DNA of 64,000 nucleotides from a virus (taxonomy: Duplodnaviria; Caudoviricetes): positions 96,001 through 160,000 of IMG/VR virus record IMGVR_UViG_3300033068_001847. One strand, 5' to 3'. The first letter of the stretch is position 1, and the number at the start of each line of letters is the position of its first letter. Below the pieces are notes generated by a model, which did not search any database, was not told where the DNA came from, and was given only the letters and a program-made list of their open reading frames with translations. Both the position numbers and the translations under genes were made by a program. Shown piece by piece: positions 59,293 through 64,000 of this stretch.

Positions 59293-59483
59293 TGGGTTGG
59301 AAATCAACAATAGATATAACCAGAAAAACCGCAATTGATTTGATATTATCAAGATTAGACAGAAGTATCTATGAAGAAATGACAGATGAAGAGTTGGGTG
59401 ATATGGTTGAAAATTTAGGTTATGGTGATGATACCGATCTACCATATTATGGTTATAATTTTAATGTAACTGATGATGTTTGA
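59283..59483 (+). CDS. Hypothetical protein
   Basis: 66-aa ORF. Confidence 0.5.
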   Translation: MEIMGWKSTIDITRKTAIDLILSRLDRSIYEEMTDEELGDMVENLGYGDDTDLPYYGYNFNVTDDV

Positions 59484-59796
59484 ATTCAAAACAAAATATA
59501 AAGAATTAGACGATAGATCTAAGTTTGCAAACAAGGTGTGTCAATTATTACTTAATAAACATCAATTTTCAACATTCGGTGATATTTCTGATTTAGTTGA
59601 AGAGATTAAAGAAATTAAAGAATATTTTGAGGAACATGTAGATAATATTCACGAACTGGTTGATAGTGAAATTCCTCTTTTCGCTTTATATGAGTTAAAA
59701 AATAATGGTGCTGAAAATTATGGATTTACCGAAGAAGAATATAGTGGTGCTATGGTCAATTGTTTATTAGCTTGTAAAATATTTTATAATATATGA
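59473..59796 (+). CDS. Hypothetical protein
   Basis: 107-aa ORF. Confidence 0.55.
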   Translation: MMFEFKTKYKELDDRSKFANKVCQLLLNKHQFSTFGDISDLVEEIKEIKEYFEEHVDNIHELVDSEIPLFALYELKNNGAENYGFTEEEYSGAMVNCLLACKIFYNI

Positions 59797-59822
59797 AGTT
59801 AATTATTGCTGTAAATAATTAA
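59793..59822 (+). pseudogene. Orphaned original DHFR N-terminus (MKLIIAVNN*)
   Basis: ATG overlaps the upstream TGA; the peptide matches LIVAVNN at the start of the DHFR gene ~850 bp downstream. Confidence 0.75.
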
Positions 59823-59849
59823 TTACTATTTTCCATACTATTTATTAGT

Positions 59850-60632
59850 ATGGAAAATAAAATAGGGATATATCAAATTATTAATGTTTTAAATAATGAT
59901 CGTTACATTGGTAGTTCAAAAAATATAACAAAAAGATTTTATGAACATAAAAGAACACTTGATTTAAATAAACACCATTCTACTATATTACAACGAGCTT
60001 GGAATAAATATGGTAAAGATAAATTTCGTTTTGAATATATAGTAGAATGTAACGTTCAGGATTTAATTCTTTTAGAAGATCATTATCTTAAGTTATATAA
60101 ACCTAAATATAATATTTTTAAAAATGCAACTTCTTCACGTCTTGGAATACCACATACAAAAGAAACCAAATTAAAAATCAGTCAAGCTAATAAAGGAAAG
60201 AAATTATCGCAAGAACATAAAATTAAATTTACCAGAAAAGGAATTAAAGTTTCAACTTATACGAAAAAGCTAATTAGCGATAAAAATACTGGTAAAAAAC
60301 GGACTGAAGAAGTAAAACAGAAATTAAGTCAAATTAGAAAAAAAGAAGCTGAATCTCCTTTCGTTTTAAAACGACTAAAAGAAATTGGTGCGAAAGGACG
60401 TGAAAATCGAGTATATAAAACAGGTTGGACAGTATCTGAAGAAACGAGGGAAAAAATGATATTAAGTCGATATAAAATTGCGGTAGTATCGTTTGATTTG
60501 AATTATAAAGAACTAGATACTTTTTCTTCTGTAAAAGAAGCTGCTTTACATTATGGAATTGATGCAAATGGTATAAGAAGGAAATTAGATAAAGATAAAA
60601 CATATAAAAACATGATATGGAAGAAGAAATAA
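59850..60632 (+). mobile_element. GIY-YIG homing endonuclease with NUMOD3/NUMOD1 repeats
   Basis: GIYQI...YIGSS...R..EH, YNI; HTKETKLKIS and SEETREKM repeats; late motif 59839-45. Confidence 0.9.
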
Positions 60633-61018
60633 ATACCAAACTTGGTCTCATTGTTGCCGTAAATAACTTCGGATATATCGGGTTGGATGGTAAAATTCCT
60701 TGGTATTGTAGAGAAGATCTTAAACATTTTAAAGCTCTTACATTGAACCAAAGTTTGATGGTAGGTAGAACAACCTTCGAACAGTTACCACCTCTTAGAG
60801 ATCGGGAAATCATCGTTGTTGGTCAAGGATATCATACACTAGATGAAGCTCTAGCTTTAAAACCAGATTGGGTGATAGGTGGGGCTAAATTATATACGTC
60901 AACAATACATTTATGTGATGAAATTCATGTCAGTAGAATTAATAATGATCTAATTGGAGATACAATATTTACGATCCCCGAAGATTATAAAGGTAAAATA
61001 TTTGAATATAAATTTTAA
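60617..61018 (+). CDS. folA: Dihydrofolate reductase
   Basis: LIVAV...IG..GKIPW...EDLKHFK..T...MVGRTTFE.LPPL..R, VIGGA.LY, GDT.F. Confidence 0.92.
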   Translation: MEEEINTKLGLIVAVNNFGYIGLDGKIPWYCREDLKHFKALTLNQSLMVGRTTFEQLPPLRDREIIVVGQGYHTLDEALALKPDWVIGGAKLYTSTIHLCDEIHVSRINNDLIGDTIFTIPEDYKGKIFEYKF

Positions 61019-61021
61019 GTT

Positions 61022-61723
61022 ATGAGTCCGTTTGAAAAAGGATTAATTGAAAATAGTAATATCATTAACGCTTATCATTTTGGTAGCAGAGTGTACGGTA
61101 GTGATACCATAAATTCAGATTATGATTATGTATTAGTAGTTGATGAATTCTTTGTTGCACCTGATAAGAATATTTGTGTGTATACAATACACCAATTTCA
61201 AACTCTTTTAAATAATTGTGATATTCAAATATTGGAATGTTTTTTTATACCGAATAAATTCATTGTTAAAGAAAAACACAGATTTTGTTTGAATTTAGAT
61301 AAACAAAAACTTAGAACAAGTATCTCAACTATTGCTTCAAACAGCTATGTCAAGGGGAAAAAAAAGGTCACGGTTATGAATGACTATGATTTACATGCTG
61401 GATTGAAATCCGTATTTCATTCTTTACGGATATTAAACTTTGGTATTCAAATCGCTGAACACGGTAAAATTATAGATTATGGTGCAATGAATTATGTACT
61501 TTGGGATCTTTTTAAATTATCTGAACAATACCAAACAGTAGAGTTATGGGAAGTTATTAATACGAAATACAAATCAGTTTTCAACCAATTAAGCAGTTTG
61601 TTCAAGCAGCTATGTCCAAAAGACTTAACAGAAAAAAATAAGAAACTTAATTTAATTAAGATTCTCAAAAAATATAATGTTGAAAATGTTGATTTAGTGG
61701 ATGAGTTATTAACTGTATTGTAA
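61022..61723 (+). CDS. Pol-beta-family nucleotidyltransferase
   Basis: FGSRVYG...SDYDYV. Confidence 0.75.
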   Translation: MSPFEKGLIENSNIINAYHFGSRVYGSDTINSDYDYVLVVDEFFVAPDKNICVYTIHQFQTLLNNCDIQILECFFIPNKFIVKEKHRFCLNLDKQKLRTSISTIASNSYVKGKKKVTVMNDYDLHAGLKSVFHSLRILNFGIQIAEHGKIIDYGAMNYVLWDLFKLSEQYQTVELWEVINTKYKSVFNQLSSLFKQLCPKDLTEKNKKLNLIKILKKYNVENVDLVDELLTVL

Positions 61724-62457
61724 TGAAATTTATAATTGAAACCAAAAAAGGTGAAGTAGTTCATGACTTTTCATTTACGTTGATTCAACGAATTAATGCT
61801 CATAACGATTGGTTACTTAATCAATCTGACTTAATTAAATATAAGTTAACTGACGGTGAAATGTTACCTGATTTCATACCTGTAGGATCAGTAGATTTTG
61901 TAGTGAAGTATATTCGGAAATATTATGGTATAACACCAGAACCTGTAAACATTCCTGATGTATTAAATCAGGATAGATTTTTAGAGAGAAAAGTCTATAT
62001 AGATAAATTTACTAATGTACTATCAACTACCTCACCATTATTTATAAAAAGTATTAATAAAATTAAAGGCTTTACTGGATTTGTTAGTAAAGTATCTCTA
62101 ATGGATATTCCCTCAGAAAGTTTTCTGTGTTCTGAAGTAATAGATATTGATTCTGAGTGGAGAGGGTTTGTCCATAAAAATGAGTTAATTGATATTAAAA
62201 ATTATTCTGGTGATCCATTTATATTTCCCAATGTAGATACAGTAAAGGAGATGGTGAAGGAATATGTAAATGCTCCAGTAGCATATACTATTGATGTAGC
62301 TATTAATAGTAAAACAGGTAATACTGTTCTTATTGAATGTCATGATTTCTTTTCATGCGGTTTATATGGTTTTGATTATCACAAATATCCTTGGATGTTA
62401 TCACAATGGTATTATGAATTTTTGAGGAAAAACAAACAAAATATATTGCAAATATAA
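61723..62457 (+). CDS. ATP-grasp protein (R2K/DUF4343-like)
   Basis: PVGSVDF, FIKS..K.F.G, SEWR.F, YTIDV...LIEC.DFFSCGLYG. Confidence 0.7.
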   Translation: MKFIIETKKGEVVHDFSFTLIQRINAHNDWLLNQSDLIKYKLTDGEMLPDFIPVGSVDFVVKYIRKYYGITPEPVNIPDVLNQDRFLERKVYIDKFTNVLSTTSPLFIKSINKIKGFTGFVSKVSLMDIPSESFLCSEVIDIDSEWRGFVHKNELIDIKNYSGDPFIFPNVDTVKEMVKEYVNAPVAYTIDVAINSKTGNTVLIECHDFFSCGLYGFDYHKYPWMLSQWYYEFLRKNKQNILQI

Positions 62458-62476
62458 ATTTTATATACTATATTTG
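62445..62476 (+). promoter_or_regulatory. Bacteroidota sigma70-type promoter
   Basis: ATTG 62445-48, 20-nt spacer, TATATTTG 62469-76; ATG at 62482. Confidence 0.7.
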
Positions 62477-62481
62477 TTTTC

Positions 62482-62745
62482 ATGAAAAGAATACCTAGTA
62501 ATCAAGTTCATGAATTTACCACAATCAATGAAATTTTTAATTTTGTAACTGCTGAAAATGTTGATGATTTTCTTCAGGATTTTGGAACAATGCTAAAAAA
62601 TTCTATCTCTATTAGAGAATCAATGGAAGAATTAACTAAAACATTAAACTTACCACTTGAAGATTTAGAAATAACATCCTTTAGTTGGAAGGATGATGGT
62701 AAAGACGAAGGTGGTTTAACTATAAGTGTAACAAATGAAATTTAA
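62482..62745 (+). CDS. Hypothetical protein
   Basis: 87-aa ORF. Confidence 0.55.
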   Translation: MKRIPSNQVHEFTTINEIFNFVTAENVDDFLQDFGTMLKNSISIRESMEELTKTLNLPLEDLEITSFSWKDDGKDEGGLTISVTNEI

Positions 62746-62926
62746 AGAAAATTCAGATATAGTAGAAACAGCAAATGTTTACTATGATTTATTTCAAGGT
62801 GGTTATATTAAACCTGAAAACATACTTGAAGATCCAGCAGATGTTAAAAGAGTTCAGGAAGCAATTAATATTCTCGAAGAATTTCTTTCACAAGCCGAAG
62901 AAGAAGGTATTATTATTTCGTTATAA
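62735..62926 (+). CDS. Hypothetical protein
   Basis: 63-aa coupled ORF. Confidence 0.55.
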   Translation: MKFKENSDIVETANVYYDLFQGGYIKPENILEDPADVKRVQEAINILEEFLSQAEEEGIIISL

Positions 62927-63627
62927 TGCAATACGATAAAGACTTTAAATTATTAAAAATACCTGAAGATACTGCTTGGGATAAATCTGATAAGTGGTAT
63001 AATTTATATAGTAAATTTCATAGTTATATGGTGATGAATCATCAATACACTAAGATTTATAATATAATTGATAAGATATTATTCACACCAGTGTATAATA
63101 TACATAACGGATTAATCAATATTAAAAACTGGTATAAATATATTTGGGAGGATAGAAATTTTGATTCTCATTTTATTTATACTATATTACAAAGAAAATT
63201 GGAATTAACTAGAGATTATCAAGTATCCAATAATAGACATAGCGATATTGCATTCACAAATAGGAATATTACAATCTGCTTGAATCTAATTGAGAAGATT
63301 AAAAATGAAACCTATGAGATGGAATATTTAGATTATACGAAAGATGAATGGATAACTTTACCTAGTAAAAATGTTTCAGCTAATGAATCAACAGGAGAAA
63401 AATTTAAATTAGTTGAAGTAGAAATTAAAACAGTTAGTGAAAATTTAGATGAATTTTTTGATAAACATAAATCTTCTGTTCGATTTATGAAAAAAGAATT
63501 GGAAAAAAATAGACCTAACTATGAAAAGAAAGTACTAGCAATATATGTTGCACAATATAATAATACAAAGGCTAAAAAATTACTCTTCAGAATATTAGAA
63601 GAACAGTTGGAATGCTGGTGGGATTGA
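62926..63627 (+). CDS. Hypothetical phage protein (ends ...WWD)
   Basis: 233-aa coupled ORF. Confidence 0.65.
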   Translation: MQYDKDFKLLKIPEDTAWDKSDKWYNLYSKFHSYMVMNHQYTKIYNIIDKILFTPVYNIHNGLINIKNWYKYIWEDRNFDSHFIYTILQRKLELTRDYQVSNNRHSDIAFTNRNITICLNLIEKIKNETYEMEYLDYTKDEWITLPSKNVSANESTGEKFKLVEVEIKTVSENLDEFFDKHKSSVRFMKKELEKNRPNYEKKVLAIYVAQYNNTKAKKLLFRILEEQLECWWD

Positions 63628-63658
63628 CCGGATTAAAATAATTCGACCATAAACATAT

Positions 63659-63898
63659 TTGATTACTTTAAAGGAATATTATAAAAATAACATCAGTACA
63701 TTAAAAGGTATAAGTAATACAAGTACATATAAACCGATCATTCAGTATAGTCTTGATGGTAAATTTATTAAAGAGTGGTGTAGTACTAAGAGTGTTTGTG
63801 AAGAATTAGGTTTTAATAATAGTTCAATATCTTCTAATTTAATAGGTAGAAGTAAAACATCCAATGGTTTTATTTGGAAATATAAAAATAAAATATGA
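63659..63898 (+). CDS. NUMOD1-domain protein, probably a homing-endonuclease remnant
   Basis: KPIIQYSLDGKFIKEW...GFIWKY; no nuclease domain; TTG start. Confidence 0.6.
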   Translation: MITLKEYYKNNISTLKGISNTSTYKPIIQYSLDGKFIKEWCSTKSVCEELGFNNSSISSNLIGRSKTSNGFIWKYKNKI

Positions 63899-64000
63899 AA
63901 AAATACGAATATAAAATGGAAATGATTGATTATGTAGGTAATGAACACCACGTCCATCATCCAATAGTAGATTTGAAAGAATTAGGTGAAAATGGTTGGT

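Noticed and set aside
59793-60670. Group I intron or ribosomal bypass joining the DHFR stub to the DHFR body
   Set aside because: Only about 27 nt precede the endonuclease ORF and it overlaps the DHFR start, leaving no room for a ribozyme core. The downstream gene has its own ATG and a full first strand. An ~840-nt hop is implausible.
1-64000. Alternative genetic code (TAG/TGA reassignment, as in some Bacteroidota phages)
   Set aside because: Core genes are full length in the standard code, coding density is high, and no suppressor anticodon is present.
1-64000. CRISPR array, rRNA, integrase or IS element
   Set aside because: I saw no regularly spaced repeats, rRNA-like sequence or recombinase/transposase motifs.

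Overview
This AT-rich 64-kb window comes from a large T4-like myovirus (jumbo-phage architecture). Recurrent TTTG-N19-20-TAnnTTTG promoters, CCA-less tRNA genes and a DUF4494-like gene point to a Bacteroidota host. The minus strand carries the late/structural module: terminase, portal, protease, scaffold, major capsid, neck, sheath, tube, tape measure, and a baseplate hub with a GH104 muramidase domain. Most late units are preceded by a TATTTAT motif. The plus strand carries host-promoter-driven genes: RNA ligase and PNKP, AlkB-like, UvrD-like helicase, ThyA, DHFR, an NAD/ADP-ribose cluster, and 11 tRNA genes. The main finding is an apparent tRNA-sensing transcriptional attenuator at 21676-21897. 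It consists of a host-type promoter, a 35-codon leader ORF and mutually exclusive 1:2/2:3/3:4 hairpins ending in an intrinsic terminator. Fifteen consecutive leader codons (YHRSSSLQPYQHSCP) match the nine tRNAs encoded immediately downstream (Cys, Pro, Ser-TGA, Tyr, Arg-ACG, Leu-TAG, Gln, His, Ser-GCT). This suggests the phage switches on its tRNA array only when those tRNAs run short. Other notable items are a GIY-YIG endonuclease inserted into the DHFR 5' end with a replacement N-terminus, an NMNAT-PRTase/NadE/ARH cluster, and late proteins sharing a putative capsid-targeting N-terminal peptide. All family assignments come from motif recognition by eye; no database searches were run.
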